64,000 bases of DNA from Eledone cirrhosa (GCA_964016885.1 OZ024749.1:43772001-43836000), one strand, 5' to 3'. Counted from the stretch's first letter, positions 38,797-54,048 are shown. Translations and numbers: made by a program. The notes: generated by a model not told the origin, from the sequence alone.

Positions 38797-39160
38797 GCGG
38801 TCTCTGTCCCTCATTATCGCTGCCATGTCCTGCGTCTCCAACAGACCAGTGTCTGTCCTTAGGGCATCAACATACGTTAACCTTGGTCTTCCTCTTCCAG
38901 TGTGTCCATGTAGGGGCTCCCACAGGAGCACTGAGTGCAATGTCAACTCTGGATGTCAGTGAGCATGTCCAGCTAACCTCAGTCTCCTCTGTGTCACTTT
39001 TGAGCTGACTTTTGGGATGCTCCCATACAGCTCTGAGTTTTTCATCCTCAGTGTATACTGATTAATGTTCAGAGCCATCCTCAGCATTCTCGTGTAGCCC
39101 CCATCCACCATCTGAGTGAGTTTCTTGGTCAGTGTCCAAGTCTCAGACCCGTACAGCATA
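38797..39160 (-). mobile_element. RTE-type LINE fragment (same family as 36655-37253, uninterrupted, frameshifted)
   Basis: LYGSETWTLTKKLTQMVDGGYTRMLRMALNINQY...RRLRLAGHAH / LLWEPLHGHTGRGRPRLTYVD. Confidence 0.85.
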
Positions 39161-39262
39161 TATATATATACAGAAAAACCACATACATACATATGCATGT
39201 ATGTGTATATACGTGTGTGTGCACGTGAAAAACAGACAGTCAGATAATATAGATAGATAGAA

Positions 39263-39306
<44 letters not shown>

Positions 39307-39363
39307 GTATATGCATAACACACACGTATATACATGCATGTGCATATACGTGTACCAGTGTAC

Positions 39364-39441
<78 letters not shown>

Positions 39442-39634
39442 CAGGCAGACAGACAGACAACGAAAGTGGGAAAAACAATGGCTGCGATGATGTCAGCAAT
39501 AAACGGTCCGAAGAATATAAAGTGTTGATATCAACTGACAAGCAGAATGGTAATAAATGTCATTCGCTGATGTGCTTCTCTCCACTAAAATGGACTATAT
39601 TGTTTATTATATACCTATTTATATCTGTGTATAT

Positions 39635-39724
<90 letters not shown>

Positions 39725-39819
39725 GTATGTATATATATATATATATATACACAGATATAAATAGGTATATAATAAACAATATAGTCCATTTTAGTGGAGA
39801 GAAGCATATCATATATATA

Positions 39820-39965
39820 TAACAAAGGGATTGTGGTAGGGAACCAGATGGACCATAACGCACCAGAGTACTCAATACTTAGGGTAGTAGAGTGGGAAAT
39901 AGGAAAAAGTATGACCCCCGACGGCAGAAATAGCCGACGAAACGGCTTGAGCTCTGCCGTCGGGG

Positions 39966-39970
<5 letters not shown>
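39820..39970 (-). mobile_element. Family C element with inverted arm carrying the hammerhead 3' half
   Basis: GAC GAAA CGGC ttgagctct GCCG TC^ ggggtcata at 39936-39970. Confidence 0.75.
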
Positions 39971-40010
<40 letters not shown>

Positions 40011-40137
40011 CAAATGTACACAGGCAAAGACCTATTCTCCACATATATATTTATATATATATACATATACATATATATATATATATTCACACTTACATAT
40101 ATAGATATATATACACGTACAAACACACACACAGACA

Positions 40138-40198
<61 letters not shown>

Positions 40199-40856
40199 AC
40201 GTAGACACACACACACACATATATGTGTGTGTGTGTGTGGAGAATGGGTCGTTGCCTATGTGTACATTTATATATATATGCATGCTCCTATATATGTAAT
40301 GAGAATTATAAAAATAGGTAGGAAATCAGATACAGAGATAATAGGAGCCAGATGGGGCGGGGGGGGGGGGGGCAGAAAATAAGGTCTTTACAGAAAAACA
40401 ATGAGACATTCCCCTCTATACAATGCAATTTACGATCACAAAATACACGACATTTTCACTATTCCAGCCTACACGTACTCTTGTGTACGCCGCACCCCTT
40501 CAAAAAGGTGTGTTTCACCCGAAATCTTTCACACACTCCCTCACGTAGATACACATATATAATGTGGATTGATAAAATACTAGTAACTGTGGCTAGTAAT
40601 ACCACTAATAGACTTAGTACTCTATATTTAAGAAAAGTGCAATGTCGATTCTTTTATAAAGATTATTCTGTCCTATGCTTAGCTTTTACTTCATTAGCTA
40701 TCGAAATGGTTAAAGCTTAACCGTAGAGCAGAAAATCCTTATAATGATATCCACACTACTTTTCTTAAGTATAGAGTATAGAGTATAGAGTACTATGTTT
40801 AATAATGGTGTTACTGGCCCTCATAGTAGCATTTTAGCAATCGACGTTATATATAT

Positions 40857-40990
40857 AAAGGCCCTTTATGTTCTGAGTTCAAATCTCGCCGAGGTTAACT
40901 TTGTTTTTCATCCTTACGAGGTCGATAAAATAAAGTACCAGTAATACATTGGGATAATTGCTGGCCTTGTGTCAAAAGTAGAAACAATTA
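40857..40990 (+). mobile_element. Meta-domain SINE, 5'-truncated
   Basis: B box to tail. Confidence 0.85.
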
Positions 40991-41047
40991 TATATATGCA
41001 TGTGTGTGTGGATGCGTGTGTGTTTCTATGTATGTGTATATATTGTG

Positions 41048-41126
<79 letters not shown>

Positions 41127-42292
41127 GTATATATATATACACACCCACACATATATACAAACGTATATATATATATATATAAACACATAATATATATGCA
41201 TACAAACACACTCCTACCCACACGCACATTATACATACATACACACGTACGTTCACACACACACACACACACTTACATACACACACACGTCCACCGATGT
41301 TTGTACAATTACAACCAATGAAAAATGACTCCTATTTTAGAAAGTTCTAGAAATCTGATTTATCCATTTCTTAAAATACCATCCAGAAAGTTATGATGGC
41401 AATATTATGGCTTCTTCTGAAACGAACGAGATAGGAACTTTGATATGGGAAGAGAGGTGGACATCTTGGTTTGAATGTGTTATCTTGGTTATCGTTGTTG
41501 TCGTAGTTGTGGTTGTTGTTGTTGTAGTAGTGGTTGTTGTTGTGGTTGTTGTTGTACCGGTGGCGGTTGTTGTTGTGGTGGTGGTTGTAGTGGTAGAAGT
41601 TGTGGTTGTGGTTGTGGCTACTGTTGTTGTTGTGCTTGTTGTTGTGGTGGTGGTGGTAATGATAGAAGTTGTGGTTGTAGCTACTGTTGTTGCTGTGCTT
41701 GTTGTTGTGGTGAGTGTTGTCTGTTGTAGTTGTAGTGATGGTTGTTGTTGTTATGGCGGTGGTGGTAGTGGTTGTTGTTGTTGTGGTGGTGGTGGTGGTG
41801 GTGGTTGTAGTGGTAGAAGTTGTGGTTGTGGTTGTGGCTACTGTTGTTGTTGTGCTTGTTGTTGTGGTGAGTGTTGTCTGTTGTAGTTGTAGTGATGGTT
41901 GTTGTTGTTATGGCGGCGGTGGTGGTAGTGGTTGTTGTTGTGGTGGTGGTGGTGGTGGTTGTGGTGCTTGTTGTAATTTTTGTAGTTGTGGTGAGTATCG
42001 TCTGTTGTTGCTATACTTGTTGTTGTTGTTGTTGTGGTGGTGGTGGTGGTGGTGGTGGTAGGTGTAGTTGTTATTGTCGTTCTTGTACTTGTTCTTGTTA
42101 TGGTTGAGCCACAGATCAAATCAAAAGCCTGATTGCGCAGATATATTCGTTTATTCCTATACAGCTTCCAGCCATTAGACTGCGGCCATGCTGCAGCACC
42201 ACCTTTGAATGGAATTTTAGTCGACCTCAAACACAAACACAAACACAAACGCGAACACGAACGGGCATACACAAAAGCACACAAAAAAGAAA

Positions 42293-42373
<81 letters not shown>

Positions 42374-42685
42374 GCATTAAGCTGCGTACCTTCCCATTTG
42401 ACAATATATAAGATATGAAGAGATATAGGATATGATGAAGAAGTGTTGTTGCCAACGTTTATTTTATAATTAACTAACTTAGGCTATATGCTAGACACTG
42501 AGGAGATATTTACGGAAGTAAAGCAGCCCCATAACTGATATGGAGCATGGTTGTTAGGGAAAATGATCTATGTGTTTTGTATGTAGATCATTTACTCGCT
42601 TGCACACTTTCTTCTCTCATATTTGTCTAGCTAGCTAGTTACATAGCTATCTTTCTCTCTATCCATCTTTCTCTCTATGAAGGCG

Positions 42686-42729
<44 letters not shown>

Positions 42730-42733
<4 letters not shown>

Positions 42734-43133
42734 GATATTAATAAATGGAAACTATATTTATAAAATCATATTTATTTCATTATACATATTTCAGGGATAC
42801 CACATTAAATTATGGTATGCCTTCATCAGACAAAATACAATATATAACAGTTTTACAAATAGGTTTGACGTACCCTTTAAAATACAACCATTACTTTTGG
42901 AGGCTGTCTGAACCTATTTGTAAAACTGTTATATATTGTATTTTGTCTGATGAAGGCATACCATAATTTAATGTGGTATCCCTGAAATATGTATAATGAA
43001 ATAAATATGGTTTTATAAATATAGTTTCCATTTATTAATATCGTATATCTACTCCAAAAATTTGTCGAGTGCTTTATATCAGTTATAAAAATATTTACTT
43101 GTTGTATCCCAACAACTTTAAATAGAACTTTTG
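42730..43133. mobile_element. Family A hammerhead-bearing element, fold-back (one hammerhead per strand)
   Basis: Arms 42730-42866 / 42910-43048; plus-strand ribozyme tattttgt CTGATGA AGGCATACCATA-atttaa-TGTGGTATCCCT GAAA T-atgt-A TA^ atgaaata. Confidence 0.85.
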
Positions 43134-43134
43134 C

Positions 43135-43236
<102 letters not shown>

Positions 43237-43257
43237 CCACATATATATATATATATA

Positions 43258-43547
43258 CCGCTTGTGTATAAAACTATGGATTATATACAAGTTTCTACAT
43301 AACCTGGAAATTATTTATCCCAAATATTGTAGAAATCTTATAACGAAACGGCCGTCCGGAAGGAAAGAGATATTTATTTATTTAATAATGCCTCATATAA
43401 AATAATACAACCAGCTATCCACGAAATACTGATTAGTTAGCACCCCAAACACTAAATTGGGATAATACTTAGGTATATCCTAATGTTTGTTGAGTGAGAT
43501 GGAGTTGGTCGGAGTATCGCTTAAGGCTTTCTCTGTTTATGTATTGA

Positions 43548-43550
<3 letters not shown>
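43258..43550 (+). mobile_element. Family F element, 5'-truncated (hammerhead 3' half retained)
   Basis: CTTATAAc GAAA C-ggcc-G TC^ cggaag; tail GTTAGCACCCCAA...CCTAATGTTTGTTGAGTGAGATGG shared with 14635-14702. Confidence 0.75.
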
Positions 43551-43597
<47 letters not shown>

Positions 43598-43711
43598 CGG
43601 GAAAATGTTGTTTATCCAAGTTGTTACGTTGTAACAGAAATAGATATAATGCAATAAACAATTATGGTGATTTAATCCCGTCTTAACTAACATTATATAT
43701 ATATATATATA

Positions 43712-43770
43712 TAAAGTACCAGTAATGCACTGGGTAATTGCTGGCCTTGTGCCTAACGTAGAAACAATTA
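43712..43770 (+). mobile_element. SINE tail-only insertion in (TA)n
   Basis: TAAAGTACCAGTAATGCACTGGGTAATTGCTGGCCTTGTGCCTAACGTAGAAACAATT. Confidence 0.85.
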
Positions 43771-43835
43771 TATATATATATTCTTAGTTGATGTTGTTTA
43801 AATTCCCATGAAAGAGACTTGTATCTATGTTAGAA

Positions 43836-43930
<95 letters not shown>

Positions 43931-44631
43931 CTCTCCATCTCTCTCTCTCCTGGTAAAAATAAACTTATAAAATTATAAAACCAGAAGTACATACACATAT
44001 ACATACATACCATACATACATACCATACATACATACACATATTCACACATATATACATACATACATACATACATACATACATACATACATACATACATAC
44101 ATACATACATACATACATACATGAATGCATGACTAGTGACTTAATGCTGTCTAGATTCCAAAGAAAGACCCTCTAGACTGTGATGGAGACCCAATAACAG
44201 ATTATTTCTCTAAAGTGATTTTTTTTTTTTTTTTATTATTAAAATAAAACTACCAGAAAATACATAAATGGATGAAGTGAGCATGTCGGATTTTAAGCAG
44301 ACGATAGGACCGCAGTATAACTTAGCGGAATGCTTTGAGAAGCCAAGAGGAGAAAACAGTGGAAAGAAATGGATAAATAAGAAAGTAGAGTAAAACAGGG
44401 TGTTATTATTTAGGATATAGCAAAGAGGAGAGGGAATAAAAATGAAAGAGAGGAGAGTTTTGGGGAAAAGGGTCACTGGACATTGATAGATGATGTGGAG
44501 TAGAGGTTAAAAAGAATGAGACAGACGATAGAGAGAGAAAGTAGGAAGTGAGTGATGGAGATTATATATATATATACGTAAGGGAGATAGAACGATAAGG
44601 AGAAATTTATATACATATATATATATACATC

Positions 44632-44677
<46 letters not shown>

Positions 44678-44759
44678 TGAGTTATTGGACAATATATATA
44701 TGCATACATATGTATATATATTTATAGATGTACATATGTATACAGATATATATACATAC

Positions 44760-44883
<124 letters not shown>

Positions 44884-45277
44884 CTGTATACATATGTACA
44901 TATATAAATATATATACTGGACTAAAAAGTGCAAGTGGTAGAATCAATACATTTATCAAATGAATATCATAGGATTTTATTATATTGATTTTGAAGAGAA
45001 AAATATTGTTTTTACTGTTTACTATTGTTGTATTTATTATTATTGTTTTGTTACTATTATATATTTATTTTGTATTGACAGTGATGTATTTTTCTTTGTT
45101 CGATTTTCTTTATTTTTGTTGTTATTGTTGTTGTTTTTATATTTTTGTTTCAAAACCACTATTTAAAAAGAAAATGCAATAATTTTTGAAAACTACAGAC
45201 AATATTTGCACATGCGTAAATAGAACCTTTGGTTTGATTAGTGAAATATTTTATATTTATATTTATTTATTTTCACG

Positions 45278-45591
<314 letters not shown>

Positions 45592-45747
45592 ATATGTATA
45601 TATATATAAATATACATATATATATGAATATGAATATATATATATATATATAGATATCTATGAAATTATATGTATATTTATGTATATATATATACGAATA
45701 TATATTTTATATGAATATATATAATATGATATAAATATAAATATAAA

Positions 45748-45794
<47 letters not shown>

Positions 45795-46190
45795 GTTTTC
45801 TATATTATACACAGTGTATACTAATGTTATATTCCCAGGAAACAAAAGACTTGAAATTTTCTATCCAAAGTATACGAGAGAAAGTTATGGAAATTGTTTA
45901 AGATAAACTAATTTAGTGAAGTAACTTGAATAACCTTTTGTAACTCTTAGCTTTTACGTCATTTTTCTGTTTTAAATGCGGTCATTGTTAGCATCGTGTT
46001 GCAAACAGCAGTAAAATAAAACATTAAAAAACACATATGTATATATGTGAGTGTGTGTGTATGTCTGTATGTGTGTGTATGCATGTGTACTTATGAATGT
46101 ATGCGTATTTATTTATCTATTTATTTCTATATATATATATATGTATGTGTATATATATTTATATATATATATGCATATATATATATATAC

Positions 46191-46243
<53 letters not shown>

Positions 46244-46305
46244 CACACACATATATATATATTAGTGTGTATGTATATGTGTGTGTAAATAAATATATAA
46301 ATATT

Positions 46306-46351
<46 letters not shown>

Positions 46352-46474
46352 TTGCATGTGTATTTGTGTATGTATGATTATGTAAAATGCCTCTAGCGTG
46401 TGTATTTGTATATCTATATCTATATATATATATATGTGTGTGTGTGTATGTGTGTGTGTGTGTGTGTGTATTTG

Positions 46475-46506
<32 letters not shown>

Positions 46507-46886
46507 CATGTATGTTTCTGTGTGTAACGTGTGTGTATGCATGTATGCATTTGTGTTTGCTAAAATGTGTAGAATGTATGTGTTTGTGTGTGTTTCTGTA
46601 TAAATATGCATTGCAGTTTATGTGTGCTTATGTACTTGCTTGTATGAGTGTATGTATGTTATTTTTATTTGTAGTTTATTTTGGTAATTAAATATTTCTA
46701 AAGAAATAAACGCTATAATGTGGCTGTTTGGTAGACATAAAAAAAATATGCCTACAAATAAAACAGTTTTAAAATTTTTTTAAATATGAAAAGGCCACAA
46801 AATAGATTTTTAAACGAAAACTATGTTTGTGTAAATATGTATATAGTCTAAACACTCGCATATATAGAGTTTTATAGAAACCATGT

Positions 46887-47079
46887 AATAATTGTTTCTA
46901 CTATTGGCACAAGGCCAGCAAATACCCAGTACATCACTGGTACTTTATTTTATCGACCCCGTAAGGATGAAAGGCAAAGTTAACTTCGGCGGGTTTCGAA
47001 CTCAGAATGGCAAGGGCCGTAACTCTATGCGTCAAAGCATAGCGTCCGACCCTCTACCGATACTGCCAATCCACCGCCC
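46887..47079 (-). mobile_element. Meta-domain SINE, full length
   Basis: Reverse complement of the consensus. Confidence 0.9.
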
Positions 47080-47342
47080 TAACGGCCGCGGCCTGATGAC
47101 GTGCATCGCCTACCATCTCAGGAATTGGTGTGGGTTAGTTGTGGTTATTCGGGGCGTTTCTGTGTATAGATTTGAAGGGCGTGCTTGGGTTTTTACATAA
47201 TGTCTTCTGTGGTAGGTATCTGGCACGAAGGTTTGAGTGTAGCTTTATGAATTGCGTTTCCATGAGTTTGTAGATGGCGTTAGTGTCGGTTTCGTGTAGA
47301 TCTGTTTGCATTCAAGTAAAGCGATTAATGGTCACAGTTTGT

Positions 47343-47386
<44 letters not shown>

Positions 47387-47679
47387 ATACATTATATATA
47401 TTCATATGTATGTACATATACATATATATTTATATATATATGTATGTATATATACATATTTATTTATATATATATGTATGTATATATACATATTTATTTA
47501 TATATATATGTATGCATGTATATATACATATTTATTTATATATATGTATGTATGTATATAGACATATATATTTATATATATGTTTGTATATATATACATT
47601 TATATATATGTATATATACATATATTTATACATATGTATGTATATATACATATATATAAATGCATGTATATATACATAA

Positions 47680-47760
<81 letters not shown>

Positions 47761-48060
47761 GAGGAAGAGCATAGAAAAATAGATAGATAGTCCAAAGAAA
47801 AAAAGAAAGAAAGAGATATAGGTGGAGTAGAGGGAGGGGAGAAAAGAAAGACAGGAAAACATACATGCAGGCAGTCAGGCAGTCAGATAGACTGAAATGA
47901 ATTGTGTCTTTTATGTCTAAAATACCCGGATGTCCATAGTAAAGTTTTTATTATCGTCCTATTCTTTCCAACATGAAACATTTGAGAATCCCAACGTTTG
48001 AACACCTCTGCCAAAGGTCTATAATTTTCTGTTTATGGGCTTGCAGGAAATTGTACACAT

Positions 48061-48141
<81 letters not shown>

Positions 48142-48209
48142 TATAGATATAGATATAGATATAGATATAGATATATATGTATGTACAAACACATACAAAC
48201 ACACGCACG

Positions 48210-48261
<52 letters not shown>

Positions 48262-49351
48262 AACACACACACACACATATATATATTTATATATATATAT
48301 GCGTACAAAAACATACACAAACACATACACGTATATATATATATATATATATAGCTACAAACACATACACACACACACACATATATATGTACAAACACAC
48401 ACACATATAAGTATATGTGTGTGTGTGTGTGTGTGTTGGAGTGTGTCTCTGTGAGTGTGGTGTGCATATACATACACATACATACACACACACATACATA
48501 CATACATACATACATACATACATACATACATACATACATACACATACATACACACACACATACATACATACATACATACACACATACATACATACATACA
48601 TACACACATACATACATACACACATACATACATACATACACACATACATACATACACACATACATACATACATACATACATACATACATACATACACATC
48701 TACATTTTTTCTGTTTGACTTCTATTCAATAAATATAACAAATACAATAAAATTAAAATAAAATAAAATTAAAATAAAATAAACTACGTAGAAAAAAAAA
48801 CTACAACAAACACACATCTTCTGTCAACAGCAGAGTTTTTAATTGCAGGAAAATACCGAATACTGCGCTTTTGTGTTGCCAAGTGATTTGCTGCCGTTTA
48901 AAGATATTGCAGCGAATGGTCACATGATGAAAAGGCAATCATTCATGGTAGCAACCGGAAGTTAAACTGCGGTACTATCATCTGCCTGCAAATATTGCTG
49001 AGAGCGTAAAGTCGTTTATTTTTTTATGGTTTTTTTTTGTGTGTGTGATTGTTGTTTTAGGATATTATTTCATAGCATTCTTTGTTTGGTCATCACTTCT
49101 TTCTTCCTTTTTTTTTGTTTCTTTGTTATATAACTATGTATATGAAGATTGTGTGTGTATATATGCGTTCTAGTCTTTCACTGTGTCTCTATGTATGTAT
49201 TTATGTATGTATGTATGTATGTATGTATGTGTGTATGTTTGTATGTTTGTATGTTTGTATGTATGTGTGCATTTATGCATGTATATTTGTATGTATATGT
49301 ATGTATGCATGTATGAATGTATGTATCTTTGTGTATATATATATATATATA

Positions 49352-49549
49352 TAGGAACAAGTATGACCCCGACGGCAGAGCTCAAGCCGTTTCGACGGCT
49401 AATTCTGGACTCAGTCCAGAATTAGCCGTCGAAACGGCTTGAGCTGTGCCGTCGGGGTCATACTTGTTCCTATTACCCACTCTACTACCCTAAGTATTGA
49501 GTACTTTGGTGCGTTATGGTCCATCTGGTTCCTTACCACATTTCCTTCG

Positions 49550-49552
<3 letters not shown>
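49352..49552 (+). mobile_element. Family C element, ~60-bp-arm fold-back
   Basis: Near-perfect palindrome 49352-49472 centred at 49412; minus arm reads TGA GTC...GAAACGGC...GCCGTC^. Confidence 0.78.
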
Positions 49553-49603
<51 letters not shown>

Positions 49604-49780
49604 GAATGTATCTATGTATGTGTATATTTGTGCATGAATGCATGATTATTTACATCTTTATATATATGAATGCATTGTTGTATTCATGCATGTGTGTGTG
49701 TGTGTGTATGTATGTATGTGTACATGCATACATGTGTGCATGCATATGTGTATATGTATGGGTACATGTATTATGTAGGC

Positions 49781-49834
<54 letters not shown>

Positions 49835-50091
49835 CCTTCTTTTGAGTTTTTTTTTCTCTTTAGTTCAACTTCAGTCAATAAATATATATTTTTGTTGTTG
49901 CTGTTTTTCTTATACTTTCTAGCGGTGTGTGTGAGAGAGAGAGAGAGGAGATGATGGGGGTAGTGAGAAAGAGAGAGCTAGAAAGAAAGCAAGAGAGAGA
50001 GCTAGAAAGAAAGCGAGAGAGGGAAAGAGAGAAAGCAAGAGAGAGGCGGCGTAGCAAGAGAGAGAAATAAAGTGAGAGAGAGAGGGAGAGG

Positions 50092-50161
<70 letters not shown>

Positions 50162-50234
50162 CGCATTCACTAATATATGAAAGTTTTTAAGCCATGTAAA
50201 GCCGGAAAAAACAACAAAAGTTGTCGAGAGAGAT

Positions 50235-50553
50235 AGATGAAATGCAACCTTGACTTCAACGGTATTTGAACTGAGAGAGTAGAGAGCCGTAATAAATGCC
50301 ACAGCACATTCTATCCGACGTTCTAACAACTCTGCCAATTCGTTGTCTTACCCACGCATGTGTATCTACAACGTTTGGCAGTATCGGTAGAGAGTCGGAC
50401 ACCATGCTTTCCAGCATAGTTACGTCCCTTTACGATCTGAGTTCAAATCCCGCCGAGGTTGACTTTGCCTTTCATCCTTACGGGGTCGATAAAATAAAGT
50501 ACCAGTAATGCACTGGGTAATTGCTGGCCTTGTGCCTAAAGTAGAAACAGTTA
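50235..50553. mobile_element. Old SINE head (-, ~50235-50345) and young Meta-domain SINE (+, 50375-50553)
   Basis: Match to the SINE consensus. Confidence 0.85.
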
Positions 50554-51409
50554 TTTCAAAGCTAAATCAACTCAACACGGTATAGTATATAACAAGGCTG
50601 GACATGTGTAATACATGCACAGGCTACAGACCGTCCAACGGGCTTTTACACAGTTTCTGTCTACCCAATTTTACTCACGAATCTTAGATTGATCCGAGGC
50701 TAAGGTGAAGACATTTGCTCAAGATTCGACTAGGATCGAACCCGGTATTCGATACTTTATGATTACGAAGTGAACTTCTTAACTACTCAGTCGTGACTTC
50801 TTTATTGATAAACAGAGAGAATGAATTTAAAAAACGTTTTGCATCATTTTTGACATTTTCTTTCACAACAAGAATCTCTTGGCAATGTGTTCTACAAAAG
50901 TAGTTTGGAAAGACTGTAGTTATTCCAACATATTTTATAAATCTAAAGAAAGTCACTTGAGATTGTAGCATATTTTCTCTTCTTCGTTTTCATGTCTGTA
51001 TCGTTAGCAAATGTCAAACTTCATATACAAGCACATATATCTAGATACCATCTCACGTTTGATAATGGTTGTTTATTTAGGCACAAGGCCTACAATTTGG
51101 AGGATAGGAAAGTCGATTAAATTGACCCCCAGCACGCTACTGGTATTTTATTTTATTGACCACCGAAAGATGGTATTCAAAGTGTGTCCGGATTCGAATT
51201 CAGTGTCGAGTGAGTAAATGTCACCGGTGACAGATGAAGATCTAAATGTACATGTCTGACATTCTCACCGGCTACTGAGATAGCTGACATGATCGTGGCT
51301 TCAAGTGTTCATAGCGATACTCCTGTATGTTTATTGCTCATGTCGTATATGTCTTCATACATAGCCATATTATGCATACATATTTATATATATATGTGTG
51401 TGTGTGTGT

Positions 51410-51495
<86 letters not shown>

Positions 51496-51499
51496 ATGT

Positions 51500-51680
51500 G
51501 TCCATATATATACCCCACCCGTCCCATCAATCTTTCTAATTTCTCATTCTTTCTTCTGGTGAAGGACTAGCATCCGAAACGTTGAGACCCTCTTCCTGAT
51601 ATTTCAAGCGTTAACCTAATATATCCCTTCCATATACTGTACCGATTGTGTTGTTATTTCTGTTTACCTTTTACGTACAT
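51500..51680 (+). mobile_element. Penelope-type 3' end fragment with degenerate minimal hammerhead
   Basis: CTGGTGA a GGA-ctagca-TCC GAAACGTT (51556-51584), between microsatellites. Confidence 0.55.
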
Positions 51681-51697
51681 ATATATAAATATAAATG

Positions 51698-51735
<38 letters not shown>

Positions 51736-51787
51736 TAAATGTATGTATATATATATATAAATGTATGTATATATATATATATAAATG

Positions 51788-51872
<85 letters not shown>

Positions 51873-51873
51873 G

Positions 51874-51972
<99 letters not shown>

Positions 51973-52346
51973 GGAGAGTAGACAATAAAGTAAATGAGAA
52001 ATAGTATGTGCGAGACAAAAGAGAGACAGACAGAGAGACAAGCAGGCAGACTGACAGAAAGAGATAATAAGAGAGATATAGATAAGTGATTCCAAAATCA
52101 TAATTTGTATGTTTGTATAATTACCATGTCATCAGATTATTCCCTTGAGCAAGACCTTTCATTCTAATTGCTTTCTAGAGGCAATCACTCAACGGTGCCT
52201 TTCCAATCTTCTCTTGGCTAAAACTTTCCAAGCAACAAAAGTTCTCGATGAAATGAAAGTCTGCTGGGACTTACCACAATGCATATAAAATTAGTGATTT
52301 ATCGACATTTGCACACACACAAACACATATGTATGTATATATATAA

Positions 52347-52377
<31 letters not shown>

Positions 52378-52509
52378 CGTGTGGCGATTTATAGAGATAT
52401 ATGTGCGAATATGTATGTATATATATATATATATATTTCTGTTTACCTTTTACATACATACATATATATCATACATATTTTACATACATACATATATATA
52501 TATAATAAT

Positions 52510-52549
<40 letters not shown>

Positions 52550-52550
<1 letters not shown>

Positions 52551-52781
52551 AGAAGTTATATTTAATTTGTTGGGATACAACAAGCAAATATTTTTAAAAC
52601 TATCCGGGAGCCTCAAACCGACATGGTCGCATTCTTTAAGGGTATGTCAATATTTGTTTATAAAACTGATCTATATTATATTTTATCTGATGAAAGCGCA
52701 CCATAATTTGCTGCGGTGTCCTTGAAATATGTATAATGAAATAAATATGGTTTTATAAATATAGTTTCCATTTGTTAATAT

Positions 52782-52790
<9 letters not shown>
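52550..52790 (+). mobile_element. Family A hammerhead-bearing element with inverted 3' tail at its 5' side
   Basis: CTGATGA 52687-52693, GAAA 52724-52727; 52552-52600 is the reverse complement of the family tail (cf. 43080-43130). Confidence 0.8.
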
Positions 52791-52825
<35 letters not shown>

Positions 52826-52995
52826 TTGCGAGGTTTTTGATATGAAATCGTGTGTTGAAACAAATATTGTTATACTTGGAGAGGGTCATATTGTTGTAAT
52901 AATATTGCCAGAAATAATAACAGAACACACTCACTGTCATCCCCAAGTATAACAATATATATATATATATATTGTTATACTTGGGGATATTATAC

Positions 52996-53125
52996 TTCCT
53001 GATGATTTCTAAAGAATGAAACAGTTCTAGTCCTGTAGAATCCCATCTATATTGAAACTTTTATACTCTGCTATGTATTGACTACCTTACTTACTGTGGT
53101 TACCTCCGATTCAACCCGGAATAAC
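52996..53125 (+). mobile_element. Family B hammerhead-bearing element
   Basis: ttc CTGATGA (52999) ... GAAACAG...CTGTA^gaa, same tail, then (TA)n. Confidence 0.85.
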
Positions 53126-53148
53126 TTACCTATATATATATATATATA

Positions 53149-53237
<89 letters not shown>

Positions 53238-53624
53238 CTTCAATACAACCAAACATATATATATATGTGTGTGTGTGTGTGTTTGTATTGGAGTTTATAT
53301 ATAATTACGTATATGTGGTTTGAAACACCGAGCGAGTTTGAAATTAGAAATAGGAGCTTTCGCCGGATTTTTGACTAACGAAATTTTGGCCTGATAGTGG
53401 GTTTTAGAACCCTCCAAGGATTGGAAAAAGATGAGTATTGGCGTATATATGTATATATATGTGTGTGTGTGTGTGTGTGGTTTTTTAAATGAAAAAAAGA
53501 TACCCTACACGAGTGAAAGTATAAGGAATGAAATCGAAAAGGCAACTGGAGTCTTTTTAAGAATATTTACTCTTAAAAAAATATACATTCTTAAAAAGAC
53601 TCCAATTGCATTTTCGATTTTTTC

Positions 53625-53671
<47 letters not shown>

Positions 53672-53702
53672 AAAAGAAATATATATATATATATATATAT
53701 AA

Positions 53703-53741
<39 letters not shown>

Positions 53742-54048
53742 AAGAGAGAGAGATAGAGAGAGAGAAAGAGAGAGCGAGCGAGAGAGAGAGAGATTTCATA
53801 TAGAAATGGCTACTATATGATTAGAACTGCTTCATTCGTTTGAAATAAATATGTACCATCTCTACTAACGTATTGAGTACCTCCATAAACAGTGTTTCCT
53901 TTTCATTCCTCTTCGAAAAAAAAACGTTCTCTATTATATAGTATCTAAATACATAAATATTTCCACCGAGTTTATTGTTTGTATTAACAAATATTTATCT
54001 AGCCGATCAAACTGTATATGTACTTCCTGCCTATATATATATATAAAA

